A DNA stretch of 64,000 nt, from positions 16,530 through 80,529 of the forward strand of contig JACRIR010000209.1 of NCBI GenBank assembly GCA_016215705.1, given 5' to 3'. The translations under genes and the position numbers were made by a program. This stretch comes from Candidatus Poribacteria bacterium (lineage in GTDB: Bacteria; Abyssobacteria; SURF-5). The notes under the pieces are model-generated. The model searched no databases. It saw only the letters and a program-made list of their open reading frames with translations, and had not been told where the DNA came from. Shown here piece after piece: positions 28,912 to 39,676 of the stretch; within the stretch, counting starts at the first letter, position 1; each line of letters begins with the position of its first letter.

Positions 28912-29781
28912 GTGAAACTCTGTCTTGAATGTGGATGCCGCCACACAGCCGATGACTGGAAGTGCCCGGCTTGCGGACACACGCCGGAATTCAACCACGG
29001 ATACCCTGTTTTCGCGCCCCATATGATCGAGGACACGAACGGCTTCAAAGCAGAGCTTTTTGCTCCCTGCGCCCAACTCGAGACGGGACATTTCTGGTTC
29101 GAGGCGCGGAATGCTTTGCTTATTTGGGTTTTGCACAAGTATTTCCCCGGTTTCAAGAGCTTCTTGGACATAGGCTGCGGCACCGGCTTTATCTTGTCAA
29201 GAATCCAGAAGGAGTTTCCGCTCGCGCGTCTTGTAGGAAGTGACATATACACCGAATCGCTTGCCCGCGCGAAATCTCGCGTTCCAGACGGCGCATTCTT
29301 CCAAATGGATGCGCGCCATATTCCCTTTGAGAATGAATTTGACATAGTTGCCGCCCTTGATGTGCTTGAGCACATCGAAAGAGACGAATCTGTCCTCATC
29401 CAAATGTTTCAGGCGACCGCGCCGGGCGGAGGGATCATAGTCGCCGTTCCGCAGCACCGATTCCTTTGGAGCCCCATCGACGATTACAGTTGTCACAAGC
29501 GCAGATATTCGCGCAATGAGTTGGTCGAAAAAGTGTCGAATGCCGGATTTGAGGTAACGCGCGTGACAAGCTTCGTCTCGCTTCTTCTTCCAATGATGAT
29601 GTTGGTCCGTATAAAGAAATCGAAGAATCCGCATATCCACGACCCTCTTGAAGAATTGAGAATAAGAGGGTTCCTGAATACTTCGCTGACCACGATAATG
29701 ACCCTTGAACGATTCCTTATCAAGGGAGGGCTTTCCTTTCCAGCCGGTGGCTCTTTGCTTATGGTCGCAAGACATCCGTGA
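28912..29781 (+). CDS. class I SAM-dependent methyltransferase with N-terminal CxxC...CxxC
   Basis: CLEC/CPAC, HFWFEARN, FLDIGCGTG, DVLEHI, HKRRYS; GTG start at 28912 preferred over the ORF-track TTG, which is a -35-like hexamer. Confidence 0.85.
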   Translation: MKLCLECGCRHTADDWKCPACGHTPEFNHGYPVFAPHMIEDTNGFKAELFAPCAQLETGHFWFEARNALLIWVLHKYFPGFKSFLDIGCGTGFILSRIQKEFPLARLVGSDIYTESLARAKSRVPDGAFFQMDARHIPFENEFDIVAALDVLEHIERDESVLIQMFQATAPGGGIIVAVPQHRFLWSPIDDYSCHKRRYSRNELVEKVSNAGFEVTRVTSFVSLLLPMMMLVRIKKSKNPHIHDPLEELRIRGFLNTSLTTIMTLERFLIKGGLSFPAGGSLLMVARHP

Positions 29782-30066
29782 AGCATTCAGACACACGGAT
29801 TCAAGCGGGCAAGCGATGGGAGTTGCCACCCCCTTCAAGTTGTCTTCTTTGAGCCTCGACGATGAATAAACGGCATGTCTCTGCGAACATCAGACCATCA
29901 CGACTTTCGATGGAATGTTTGACCCATACTAGTGCCTTCGGTAAAATCACACTGTAAGGACAGCCCTGCTGCGGCTACTCGGTTTCTCATAATGGCCGTG
30001 CTCACAAGGTTAAGTGGGAATCTCTTACTGGGTTACGGAATCGCAGGCCTCCGCTCCAGCGATTCC

Positions 30067-30096
30067 TTGACATCGGAATTTTTGGTGTGATAACAT
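30067..30096 (+). promoter_or_regulatory. putative sigma70 promoter of the glycan operon
   Basis: TTGACA, 18 bp, TAACAT with TGn extension. Confidence 0.5.
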
Positions 30097-30222
30097 CAGG
30101 CTTCAGAACGCAACGGCGGTGGCGCGGAGGTGCGCTCCTCGCCCCGCCGATTACTTTTGGTGGAGTTAGTTGGCGACTGTGGTATCAATGTCGTCGTGCG
30201 GGATGTTTGCCGTACCAAGGTT

Positions 30223-30306
30223 GTCATTCTGAGCAAAGCGAAGAATCTCGGGGGAAATCGTTCAATATGCTCCTCAAAGAGGATTCTTCGCTTCGCTCAG
30301 GATGGC
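30223..30306. repeat. empty inverted doublet of the GIY-YIG-flanking repeat
   Basis: GTCATTCTGAGCAAAGCGAAGAATCT ... GATTCTTCGCTTCGCTCAGGATGGC; same orientation as around the nuclease with ~30 bp inside. Confidence 0.85.
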
Positions 30307-30359
30307 GGTGAGGACGTTGGTCTCGCATATCCCAATAGTCTAGGATACAGGCAAAACAA

Positions 30360-31619
30360 ATGACGAAGAAAGTTTGTGTTCTCGGCCTTGGCTACGTAGG
30401 TCTGCCCACAGCGTGCATGTTTGCCGTACAGGGCTACCACGTTGTCGGTGTCGACGTAAAGCGCGAAGTTGTTGAAACCATCTCGAAGGGCTCGATCCAC
30501 ATAGAAGAAGCCGGCCTGAAAACGATGCTTCAGGCCGCAATAAACAGCCGGAATCTGGTTGCCCGAAACGAAGTCGAACCCGCAGACGTATTCATCATCG
30601 CAGTCCCGACTCCGCTTGCGCCGGACAAACGCGCCGATGTCAGCTTCGTGGAAAGCGCCGCCCGTTCGATTGTTCCTGTGCTGGCGCGCGGCAATCTCGT
30701 GGTCCTGGAGTCCACAGTCCCTCCCGGGACAACCAACGGTCTACTTTGCCGAATCCTTTCTGAGACGGGTCTGAATCCGGGTGTCGATTTCCATGTTGCG
30801 CACTCCCCGGAACGCGTGCTTCCGGGCAACGTTTTTAGCGAACTGGTGTCAAACGACCGCGTCATAGGTGGAATCACTCCCGAATCGGCCCAATTGGCGC
30901 GTGATCTGTACATGAGCTTTGTCGAAGGAGAGATACTCCTGACCGATTCGACTACGGCCGAGATGGTGAAACTCACCGAGAACACTTTTCGCGATGTGAA
31001 TATTGCCCTCGCCAATGAACTTGCCTTGATAGCAGCGGAATATGGTGTGGACATATTCAGCGTCGTCGCTCTTGCTAATCGGCACTCGCGTGTCAATGTT
31101 CATCAGCCTGGGCCGGGAGTCGGCGGCCATTGCATCCCGGTTGATCCGTGGTTCATCGTCGAGAATTCTAATGAGGCGGGAAAACTCATCAGACGCGCGC
31201 GAGAACTTAATGATTCGATGCCGGAGCGTATTGTGCAACTCGTCGAACATGTCGTCGGGCCGGCTCAAGACGCCAAGATCAGCGTCTGGGGCGTCGCCTA
31301 CAAGGGAAACGTGGATGACACCCGCGAGACGCCGGCGGCGCCTATAGTTCATCTGCTGAGAAAGCGAAACTATAAGATTAGCATATTCGATTTTCATGTC
31401 AGGAATTTCGAGTGCGAGATTGACAGCCTCGAGAGCGCGGTCAATGCGTCCGACGCTATTCTGCTGTTGGCGGACCATAAAGAATTCAAGTACCTCGATC
31501 CTCACGTGATCGGACAGAAAATGCGGCGCAGAATCGTCATAGATACGCGCAACTGTCTCGATCCCGCGAAATGGAAGGGCGCCGGCTTCGATTTCCATCT
31601 TCTGTGGAAGAAACTGTAG
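30360..31619 (+). CDS. wecC: UDP-N-acetyl-D-mannosamine dehydrogenase-like nucleotide-sugar dehydrogenase
   Basis: GLGYVGLPTA, AVPTP, ESTVPPG, PERVLPG, PGPGVGGHCIPVDP, AYKGNVDD.RE. Confidence 0.85.
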   Translation: MTKKVCVLGLGYVGLPTACMFAVQGYHVVGVDVKREVVETISKGSIHIEEAGLKTMLQAAINSRNLVARNEVEPADVFIIAVPTPLAPDKRADVSFVESAARSIVPVLARGNLVVLESTVPPGTTNGLLCRILSETGLNPGVDFHVAHSPERVLPGNVFSELVSNDRVIGGITPESAQLARDLYMSFVEGEILLTDSTTAEMVKLTENTFRDVNIALANELALIAAEYGVDIFSVVALANRHSRVNVHQPGPGVGGHCIPVDPWFIVENSNEAGKLIRRARELNDSMPERIVQLVEHVVGPAQDAKISVWGVAYKGNVDDTRETPAAPIVHLLRKRNYKISIFDFHVRNFECEIDSLESAVNASDAILLLADHKEFKYLDPHVIGQKMRRRIVIDTRNCLDPAKWKGAGFDFHLLWKKL

Positions 31620-31621
31620 GG

Positions 31622-31664
31622 GGAAAATTGGGGACACCATGCCGCATGGTGTCCCCGATTTTCC
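31622..31664. repeat. GGGGACAC-core palindrome, copy 4
   Basis: GGAAAATTGGGGACACCATGC-C-GCATGGTGTCCCCGATTTTCC just after the stop codon. Confidence 0.88.
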
Positions 31665-31708
31665 AAGTCGCCTGCGCGGGATTGATGAAAACGACAGACC
31701 TATAAGCC

Positions 31709-32683
31709 ATGAAGAATTCGGACGAAATCTACTGCACCGTCGTTTCTCCTATGTTCAATGAGGAGGCCAACATCGCTTCTACGGTAGCTGCCATCGAAAA
31801 GGTGATGGCCCGTATCGGCAAGCCGTGGGAACTCATTCTCGTCAATGACGGCAGCACCGATCACACACAGGCCGCCGCCGAAAAAATTTGCCGCGAGAAA
31901 CCGTTCGCGCGCTTGCTCTCATACATGCCCAACAGAGGAAGGGGCAAAGCGCTCCGGACCGGTTTCTCAGAGGCAAAAGGGCGATTCATCATAACAATAG
32001 AATCAGACTTGAGTTGGGACGCATCGCTCATGCCCGAGATGCTGCGGATTCTGGAGGCGGGCGAATTCGACCTGGTTTTGGCGTCACCGTATACTCAAGG
32101 GGGCGCAGTCGAGGGGGTGCCCCCAGCCCGCCTGATGATCAGTCGCATCGGCAACACGATTCTCAGTATGGTGGTTCCGGGCAATTTCAGGATGGTCACG
32201 CAGATGTTCCGTGCATATCGGCGTGAAGTTCTCGATTCGCTTGAACTCGAATCGGACGACAAGGAAATCCATTTGGAAATCCTGTCAAAAGCGCTCGCGC
32301 TGGGATACCGCGCCCGGGAGATACCCGCGGTTCTTCGCTCTAGAAGAGCGGGCAGGTCCAAGTTCAATTTCGGCAAGACGGCTGCGTCGCACCTTGCCTT
32401 TTCATATTTTGAGAAGCCCATTCTGTTGTTCGGTCTCACCGGTTTCGGTTTCCTGGCGCTCGCTCTCATTATCGGTCTGTATCTCGTGATCGAGTTCTCA
32501 CGAGGAAGGCTCAACCCTGACCGGCCACTGATGACGTTGCTCGTCATACTCATTGTCGGGGGACTCCAATTCGTATCGCTGGGCCTTGTCGGGACCCAGA
32601 TAGTTCAGCTTCGCAAGGAGGTCTACCGCATCCAGATGGAGAATCGAAGGCTGGAAAGGCAGATCACTCGTGAAAGAGGCTGA
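31709..32683 (+). CDS. GT2 polyprenol-phosphate glycosyltransferase (GtrB/DPM1-like, two C-terminal TM helices)
   Basis: SPMFNEE, VNDGSTD, NRGRG.AL, ESDL, FRAYRR. Confidence 0.85.
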   Translation: MKNSDEIYCTVVSPMFNEEANIASTVAAIEKVMARIGKPWELILVNDGSTDHTQAAAEKICREKPFARLLSYMPNRGRGKALRTGFSEAKGRFIITIESDLSWDASLMPEMLRILEAGEFDLVLASPYTQGGAVEGVPPARLMISRIGNTILSMVVPGNFRMVTQMFRAYRREVLDSLELESDDKEIHLEILSKALALGYRAREIPAVLRSRRAGRSKFNFGKTAASHLAFSYFEKPILLFGLTGFGFLALALIIGLYLVIEFSRGRLNPDRPLMTLLVILIVGGLQFVSLGLVGTQIVQLRKEVYRIQMENRRLERQITRERG

Positions 32684-33869
32684 GGTGGCAATGCCCGGGC
32701 CGATGCGCCATTCAGTCTGTCTGCTTACCAACGCCTATCCCGATTTCCCTGACTCCAACCGGGTGGTATTCCTTCGGAACCTCGCACAGTTGCTCGCACG
32801 GAAAGACTGGTCGGTCACAGTCGTTGCCCCCCGCATATTCTCCGCGAGCCGCCCCTTTGATGCGGAAGGTGAAATCGAAATTCACAGGTTTTCCTCTTTC
32901 ATGGGCGGCAGACTGCTGGTCGAATACCCGCGTACGCCGGCTTTCCGGCTGATTGGATACATGGCGGCAGGACTCTTATCCGCCGTCCGTTCCGTTCACG
33001 CAAGAAAATGTGACGTAATCCACGCGCACTGGGTTATCCCGGCGGGAGTGATAGCCCTAATGGCGGGATGGCTCTGCAGAAAGCCTGTCATCGTGACCGC
33101 CCACGGCTCCGATATCCTTCTTGTCTCTCAAAGGAATCCGATCATGAAGTGGTTCTCCGGCTTCGTGCTGAAACATGCTGACGCGGTCACCTCGGTTGCG
33201 AAACACCTGACAGACGTCATTGTCGCAATGGGGATCCCGCGCGAGAAAATCCTGACGTTCCCGATGAGTGTAGTAACAGAAGCATTCACTGATAATGGCC
33301 CCGTGCACCAGGGCTGGATTGGTGAGATGGTGATTTTCAGCAATAGGAGCCTGTATCCTGTTTATGATGTTGAGACACTGGTGGAAGCCACTCCCGCCAT
33401 CCTCGAGAAATTTCCCCACGCGCGGATTGCCATCGCGGGCGAAGGCCCGGAGTCTCAAAGAATCGCATCTGTCGCCGGAGATTCAGGCGTTGGCGATCGA
33501 GTCCGGTTCATGGGGAGCATAGCTCACGAACACATGCCCGAATATCTTCGGGCCGCATCAGTTTATGTTTCGACTGCATTGTCCGACGGCGCATCGGTAT
33601 CGCTGCTCGAAGCTATGGCATGTGGAACGTTTCCCGTCGTCGCCGACATCCCGGCCAACCGGGAATGGATCAAGGACGGAGAAAACGGTTTCCTGTTTGC
33701 CCCGGGCGATGCTAAGGCGCTCGCCCGCAAGATCGAGGACTGCCTCGGCCGGCCCGCGCTTAGAGAACGGGCGCGTGAAACAAATGCACGAATCATCAAT
33801 CAGAGGGCTCAATGGAATTTGAACGTAGAGAAGCTGCTCGCGCTATACGAGAAAGCTACGATTCGATAA
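32670..33869 (+). CDS. GT4 glycosyltransferase
   Basis: HAHWVIP, TAHGSD, SDGASVSLLEAMACG. Confidence 0.88.
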   Translation: MKEAEVAMPGPMRHSVCLLTNAYPDFPDSNRVVFLRNLAQLLARKDWSVTVVAPRIFSASRPFDAEGEIEIHRFSSFMGGRLLVEYPRTPAFRLIGYMAAGLLSAVRSVHARKCDVIHAHWVIPAGVIALMAGWLCRKPVIVTAHGSDILLVSQRNPIMKWFSGFVLKHADAVTSVAKHLTDVIVAMGIPREKILTFPMSVVTEAFTDNGPVHQGWIGEMVIFSNRSLYPVYDVETLVEATPAILEKFPHARIAIAGEGPESQRIASVAGDSGVGDRVRFMGSIAHEHMPEYLRAASVYVSTALSDGASVSLLEAMACGTFPVVADIPANREWIKDGENGFLFAPGDAKALARKIEDCLGRPALRERARETNARIINQRAQWNLNVEKLLALYEKATIR

Positions 33870-35095
33870 TCAAGGCGGACAAGGGAAACGGCCTGCGCAT
33901 TTTGTTCCTCGCGCTGACCGTGGACGTCGGCGCCTATCAGGGTGACAGCACCCACGTCATCGAGTTGATCTCGAATCTGCGACAGATGGGACATCGCATC
34001 CGCTGGATCGCGCGACAAAGCCGCAACCGTGAGACGTGGCCCGACCCGCTTTTCCACTGCGTCAGTCGCGCACCCAAGCCGAACAGCGACTTGCTTCGAT
34101 TGATTCAACTCTTGTTCTCAATGGCGCGGGGCGCATACTACATATTTCGTCATACACGCAGTTGTGACCTCATGTACTCGCGCGACCGGTTCTCCCTCTT
34201 GCTCGCGCTGATTCCCTCGCGAATCTTTCACAAACCGCTGGTTTACGAAGTCAACGGCTTGACCAGCGAGCAACGCAAAATGCATGGCGGCCATTTTCTC
34301 AATAGACTGTATGTCCGGTTGTTGGAAACACTCGATGAGGTCGCTTTCAAAAATGCTGTCTCCGTTGTCTGCGTGACCGATGCCATCAGGGACTTCTATT
34401 GCGCGCGTCACCATGATTATGCCGACAAATTCCGGACCGTAAACAACGGCGTCAACACGAAACTTTTCCGTCCGCTGCCGATTGGCGGTGAGGTCACCGA
34501 GTTGAGAAAATATCTCGGATTCGATGAGGGAGATGAGGTTGTCGCCTACGTCGGGAACCTCGCGCTATGGCAGGGCGTCGAATACCTTGTGCGAAGCGCC
34601 CCCATAGTCCTCAAAGAGAACCTCGCAGTCAAATTCATGATCGTGGGAAATGGTCCCACATATTCTCAATGCCTGGCTCTGGCTGATGAGCTAGGGGTCG
34701 GTGACAAATTCAAATTTGTTGGAAAGGTCGGCTACACTTCGTTGGGACACTATGTCAACGTGGCCGATGTATGTGTCGCCCCTTACACTCGAGAGATTCC
34801 AAACTGCCCCATCAAAATCTATGAGTATCTCGCGTGCGGGAAACCCGTTGTCTGTTCGGATATTCCGGGAGTCAATAACCTCAAGAGAGCCGACGTTCTT
34901 GTTTTTGTCGAGCCCGAAAACCCACAAGCTCTGGCCTCGGCCCTCCTGAAAGTCCTTGCAAACCTGAATCTCAGGACTGCTCAGCGAGAGCTTGGGCCAA
35001 AGGCGGTGGCTGGCTATTCTTGGGTGGACACCGCAAGCAAAGTGGCTGCGATTTGCAGCGAAGCCGTGAGGAAAACCCTTGCAACACCAGCCTGA
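33812..35095 (+). CDS. GT4 glycosyltransferase (start uncertain)
   Basis: YEVNG, NGVNT, YVGNLALWQG, PIKIYEYLACGKPVV. Confidence 0.85.
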   Translation: MEFERREAARAIRESYDSIIKADKGNGLRILFLALTVDVGAYQGDSTHVIELISNLRQMGHRIRWIARQSRNRETWPDPLFHCVSRAPKPNSDLLRLIQLLFSMARGAYYIFRHTRSCDLMYSRDRFSLLLALIPSRIFHKPLVYEVNGLTSEQRKMHGGHFLNRLYVRLLETLDEVAFKNAVSVVCVTDAIRDFYCARHHDYADKFRTVNNGVNTKLFRPLPIGGEVTELRKYLGFDEGDEVVAYVGNLALWQGVEYLVRSAPIVLKENLAVKFMIVGNGPTYSQCLALADELGVGDKFKFVGKVGYTSLGHYVNVADVCVAPYTREIPNCPIKIYEYLACGKPVVCSDIPGVNNLKRADVLVFVEPENPQALASALLKVLANLNLRTAQRELGPKAVAGYSWVDTASKVAAICSEAVRKTLATPA

Positions 35096-36602
35096 CGGTT
35101 CCGAAAGAAGTCTTCACGATAAGACTGTGTCGGGTCTCCTTTGGAGCGCCTTGAGCCGGGTCGGACAACAGGCAGTGCAGTTTGCCATTGCGATTTTGCT
35201 GGCGCGCATGCTCACCCCTGAAGAGTTCGGTCTGATAGCCATGATTACCGTATTCACCGGCTTCGCAGCCTTCTTTAGCGAAATGGGATTCGGCGCGGCA
35301 ATCATACAGAGACAGGACATCGAGCAGAGACACCTAAGCTCCATTTTCTGGCTCAATGTTGCGGCAGGATTGATTCTCACCGCTATCGTCATGGCTCTTG
35401 CTCCTTTTATAGGCTACTTCTATGGAAATCCGATTCTTATCCCTCTCACATTGGCAATCTCGCTGAACTTTGCCATCGGCTCGCTCAAGGTCGTTCAAAA
35501 TGCTCTGATAACCAAGAATCTGGACTTCAAGCGCATGACCACAATCGAAATCCTCGCCATCTCGGTGGCGGGCGCCATTGCCGCGGGGATGGCTATTAAG
35601 GGATTCGGTCCTTGGAGTCTCGTGGCGAATTCTTTGTCCGCAACAATCGTGTCGGTAGCCGCCATATGGTACGTATCCGATTGGAGGCCGCAGTTCGTGT
35701 GGGATTGGCGGGCGATAAAGGAACTGCTCGGATTCAGCGCAAACCTGACGGGTGGGAGAGTCATAAACTATTGGACCCAGAACATCGATAATATGCTCAT
35801 CGGCAGATACCTTGGCGCCATCCCGTTGGGTGCTTATGACCGTGCGTTCGGTTTGATGATGCGGCCGCAATACGAAGTTGCAGCCGTGTTGTCAAATGTG
35901 ATGTTTCCCGCATTATCAATCATTCAGAACGACAAAAGGAGAATCAAAGAAATCGTCCTCAAAGCCGGCCGGGCGATTGCGCTCGTTACTTTCCCCATGA
36001 TGATGGGGCTGCTGGTGGTGGCGAGGCCCTTTGTCCTCACTTTATATGGAGAAAAATGGGAGGGAGCAATCCTTATCCTTCAGATTTTCTGTCTCGATGG
36101 TATGGGGAGGTCTCTCTGGTCTACGGCAGGGTGGATTTATCTCACCCAGGCTCGGACTGACCTTTTGTTCCGATGGTTGCTTCTGGCAGGCGTTGTCAAA
36201 ATAGCGAGCATTATCATCGGTCTGCATTGGGGCGCTGTAGGCGTGGCTGCCGCCATAGTTCTCAGCGGCTACATTATTCTCTGGTATCCATCGTGGGCGA
36301 TTCCGGGCCGCCTCATCGACTTGACGTTCCGCGAGGTGTTGAGGAACGTTGCTCCAATCTTCTCCTGTTCCGCCGCAATGGCGTTGGCCGTGGCGCTTGT
36401 CGGACTCCTCTTGCCGACAATGTGGCCGCCGTGGGCAAGGCTCGCGGCTCAAGTTCCACTCGGGATGGCTCTTTACACTATTCTGTTGCGCTCCTTCAGA
36501 ATACAGGCATATAGTGAGGCCAAGAAGCTGGCAATTGAACAATGGAATATGCGCTACAAAGCTCGAGGCGTCGCAGTCATTGAACAAGATCAAATACACT
36601 GA
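35079..36602 (+). CDS. wzx: Wzx/WzxC-type polysaccharide flippase
   Basis: ILLARMLTPEEFGL, DNMLIGRYLG...LGAY.RA, VMFPALS; many TM helices. Confidence 0.88.
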   Translation: MQHQPDGSERSLHDKTVSGLLWSALSRVGQQAVQFAIAILLARMLTPEEFGLIAMITVFTGFAAFFSEMGFGAAIIQRQDIEQRHLSSIFWLNVAAGLILTAIVMALAPFIGYFYGNPILIPLTLAISLNFAIGSLKVVQNALITKNLDFKRMTTIEILAISVAGAIAAGMAIKGFGPWSLVANSLSATIVSVAAIWYVSDWRPQFVWDWRAIKELLGFSANLTGGRVINYWTQNIDNMLIGRYLGAIPLGAYDRAFGLMMRPQYEVAAVLSNVMFPALSIIQNDKRRIKEIVLKAGRAIALVTFPMMMGLLVVARPFVLTLYGEKWEGAILILQIFCLDGMGRSLWSTAGWIYLTQARTDLLFRWLLLAGVVKIASIIIGLHWGAVGVAAAIVLSGYIILWYPSWAIPGRLIDLTFREVLRNVAPIFSCSAAMALAVALVGLLLPTMWPPWARLAAQVPLGMALYTILLRSFRIQAYSEAKKLAIEQWNMRYKARGVAVIEQDQIH

Positions 36603-37224
36603 GGTCAAGCTCTATAAGCTTCCTGTCTTGCCCCCGGTCGCCTTGGTGAAAGCAGAATTCCAAAAGATACACCCGGGCGCCGGACTAGGACTGATGCGGG
36701 AGTCAGACTACAGAAGACTCTCATACGTTTACTCCTGTATCAAGCATTTCGGTTCCGTGCTGGACATAGGCGTTGCCTCCGGACAGTTCATGAATATTCT
36801 CGCAATGTCCGGCAAATTCAAAAGGGTTTGTGGAATTGATATCGAGCAGCATTCGAAATATGCAAGGTTCACTGATTCCTACGAAATCCATACCGCCGGC
36901 GTTGACAATATGCCGTTCGGGGAAAAGGAATTTGACGTTGTTACTTGTATGGAGGTTCTGGAGCACTTGGATAGCGACACATTTCAGAAGGCCCTCGGCG
37001 AAATCCGCCGAATCTGCCGCTTGCAACTGATTGTGACAGTCCCCCTCAATGAGGACCCTTTGCCGCCGTATCATCGACTGAGGTTTACCGAGGAGGATGT
37101 CGCCCGTTACTTTCCTCATGCAGGCTATCGTTTGCTGATAAGACATCCGCCACGCAGATTATCGTGGTTGTTGAATAGGCCGCCACTTATGTCCTGGCTC
37201 CTGATCGAGGAGAACTACGCCTAG
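36580..37224 (+). CDS. class I SAM-dependent methyltransferase (start uncertain)
   Basis: VLDIGVASG, MPF...FDVVTCMEVLEH; TTG 36580 chosen to avoid a long overlap with wzx. Confidence 0.78.
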   Translation: MNKIKYTEVKLYKLPVLPPVALVKAEFQKIHPGAGLGLMRESDYRRLSYVYSCIKHFGSVLDIGVASGQFMNILAMSGKFKRVCGIDIEQHSKYARFTDSYEIHTAGVDNMPFGEKEFDVVTCMEVLEHLDSDTFQKALGEIRRICRLQLIVTVPLNEDPLPPYHRLRFTEEDVARYFPHAGYRLLIRHPPRRLSWLLNRPPLMSWLLIEENYA

Positions 37225-37231
37225 GATCAGC

Positions 37232-38443
37232 ATGAAAATCCTTCACGTTTTTTATGACATCGGCCGTCTGTCGGGCTATCAGATAAGAAGCAAATGCATC
37301 GTAGCCAATCAGCAAAAGCTGGGCCTGGACGTCAACGTCGCTTATCTTCCGAGGCGACCGGGCAATCGCGTCGAGACGGTTTTTGGCGGCGCACCCGCCT
37401 TCGGCCCTGACATTCCGCGAAATCTGAGGCGCTTGTTTGACTCAGAGACGCCCGTTCATATGCCGGAGGCGTTGCAGCGTTTTCTCACGCGGCGTTTGCT
37501 AAGGCTGCGGATAGGAGAGATTGCAGATACGACGCGACCGGATATCATCCATGCGCATTCATCCTGGATGTCTGCCGCCCAGGGTTTTGCTGTGGCGCGA
37601 AAGCTTGAGATTCCCTTTCTGTACGAAATGCGAGGTCTGTGGGAAGAAGATACAGCGCTGGAACAAAAAGGCAGCAAGTTGGGTTTCAGCTATCAGTATT
37701 TCAGAGCTCGCGAGAATCATCTTATTCGAAATTCTGACGCAGTAGTTGTTTTATCAGAAGGACTCAAGAAGGAGGTTGTTTTACGTGGCGCAAACCCTGA
37801 ATGGGTCGGCGTTGTGCCAAACGGGGTTGATACCGATGAGTTTGTGCCGAGACCGCGTGATTCGCAGTTGGCCGAATCCCTCGGTTGCGGCGCAAGAACA
37901 ATCGTCGGCTATGTCTCTTCTCTGCGGTTGCTCGAGGGGATACGGTACTTCATCGAGGCGCTGCCCAAAGTCGATAAGCAGGCATTCGCCCTCATAGTCG
38001 GCGATGGCCCTGAAAGAGATGCGCTCGAGAAACTCGTCAGCGACCTCGGCATCAATGACAGAATCAAGTTCACCGGCGCAGTTCCGCACGCGGAAATAAA
38101 GAGGTATTACTCGATCATAGATATCTTTGTTGTTCCGCGAATCAATGTAAAATCATGCCATATTGTCACTCCCCTGAAACCGCTCGAGGCAATGGCTATG
38201 GGCAAATGCGTCGTCATGAGCGACGTCGGAGGGCTGAGAGAGTTGGCAAATGGAGACGAGACGGCAGTCTTCTTCAAACCGGAAGACAGCAGCGACCTCG
38301 CTGAAAAGCTCAATATGCTCATCGCGGACCGGGGATATCGACAGAAGCTCGGTGAAAACGCGCGCCTGCATGTCGTCGAAAGAAAAGATTGGCGCAAGGT
38401 CGTAAAGGCATACCTCCCACTCTATGAGAAATTGGTCAGGTAA
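37232..38443 (+). CDS. GT4 glycosyltransferase
   Basis: SGYQIRS, HAHS, YEMRGLWE, PNGVD, VTPLKPLEAMA. Confidence 0.88.
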   Translation: MKILHVFYDIGRLSGYQIRSKCIVANQQKLGLDVNVAYLPRRPGNRVETVFGGAPAFGPDIPRNLRRLFDSETPVHMPEALQRFLTRRLLRLRIGEIADTTRPDIIHAHSSWMSAAQGFAVARKLEIPFLYEMRGLWEEDTALEQKGSKLGFSYQYFRARENHLIRNSDAVVVLSEGLKKEVVLRGANPEWVGVVPNGVDTDEFVPRPRDSQLAESLGCGARTIVGYVSSLRLLEGIRYFIEALPKVDKQAFALIVGDGPERDALEKLVSDLGINDRIKFTGAVPHAEIKRYYSIIDIFVVPRINVKSCHIVTPLKPLEAMAMGKCVVMSDVGGLRELANGDETAVFFKPEDSSDLAEKLNMLIADRGYRQKLGENARLHVVERKDWRKVVKAYLPLYEKLVR

Positions 38444-38504
38444 GCAGCGCCGGGAGCAGCCCGGGAATGCGCAAACTCGCAATGGCGATCATACGAGCGA
38501 TGTC

Positions 38505-39665
38505 ATGAACATCTGCATGTTGTTCCAGGAATATTATCCGTCTGACTTCCGCATTGAAAAGGAAGCGCGCACACTTATCGGAGCGGGCCATAAGGTATTT
38601 CTCATTTGCCAGCGCAGGAAATCCGAACCACCTTATGAGACGGTTGACGGCCTGCGCATATATCGAGTGGACGAATACCCCCTGCGAGGTGATCTGCTGT
38701 TCTTTCAAACTTTGTACTACAATCCGCGTCGGTTCCAAAGACTTTGCGAAATCATAGATTCTGAAAACATTCATGCGCTTCATGCGCACGACCTGCCGAC
38801 CGTCCTTACAGCGGCTCGAGCCGCGAAGAAATACGGTCTCCCGCTTGTTTTCGACATGCGTGAAAACTATCCGGTCGGTATCCTCTACTGGAAGAAGCGG
38901 CGACCCTGGCATCTTCTTGTGAGCAACGTCTGGCTCGCCAGGCTGGCCGAAAGAATCTGCATAAGACTGGCCGACCGCATTATTGTGGTAAGTGACGAAC
39001 AATGGGATCGCATGGTCTCCTTTGGAGCAGGCGATAAAACACGTATTATCATGAATACCGTTGATCTGTCATTCCTTCATGCCAACGTGTCCAAAACTAC
39101 GCCGAAACCGTTGCAGGGTTTTGTCGCCGTTTATACCGGCATGTTGAATCGTCACAGAGGACTTGATACTGTCATTTCGGCGATGCCCCTGGTTCGCAAA
39201 TCTGTTCCTTCGGCAAGATTGAAAGTGGTCGGTGACGGCAACACCAAACCGGAATTAGAAAGACTGACAGAGCAACTCCATCTCAACGACTATGTTGAAT
39301 TTCTCGGGTGGGCCGATATTCCAACAATGTACGGACACATACAAGAAAGCAGCGTCGGCGTCATACCACATCGAAAGAATCCGCATACGGATTCAACTAT
39401 CCCAAACAAATTGTTCGACTACATGGCCTTGGGAAAACCTGTCGTCGCGTCTGATCTCAAACCACTGCGGCGAATAATAACTGAAACTGATTGCGGTCGC
39501 ATATTCCAGCCGGACGATCCGAAATCATGTGCTCAAGCGCTTATCGAGTGCAGCGACTTATCGCGTGCAACGGCTTTTGGGAAAAACGGCCAGAGATTCG
39601 TGGCCACAAAGTACAATTGGCAGACGGCCGCAAACACTCTCCTGGACGTCTACAGATCTTTGTAA
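38505..39665 (+). CDS. GT4 glycosyltransferase
   Basis: MNICML, DFRIEKEA, HAHD, PNKLFDYMALGKPVVAS. Confidence 0.88.
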   Translation: MNICMLFQEYYPSDFRIEKEARTLIGAGHKVFLICQRRKSEPPYETVDGLRIYRVDEYPLRGDLLFFQTLYYNPRRFQRLCEIIDSENIHALHAHDLPTVLTAARAAKKYGLPLVFDMRENYPVGILYWKKRRPWHLLVSNVWLARLAERICIRLADRIIVVSDEQWDRMVSFGAGDKTRIIMNTVDLSFLHANVSKTTPKPLQGFVAVYTGMLNRHRGLDTVISAMPLVRKSVPSARLKVVGDGNTKPELERLTEQLHLNDYVEFLGWADIPTMYGHIQESSVGVIPHRKNPHTDSTIPNKLFDYMALGKPVVASDLKPLRRIITETDCGRIFQPDDPKSCAQALIECSDLSRATAFGKNGQRFVATKYNWQTAANTLLDVYRSL

Positions 39666-39676
39666 AGGCGCTTCAA

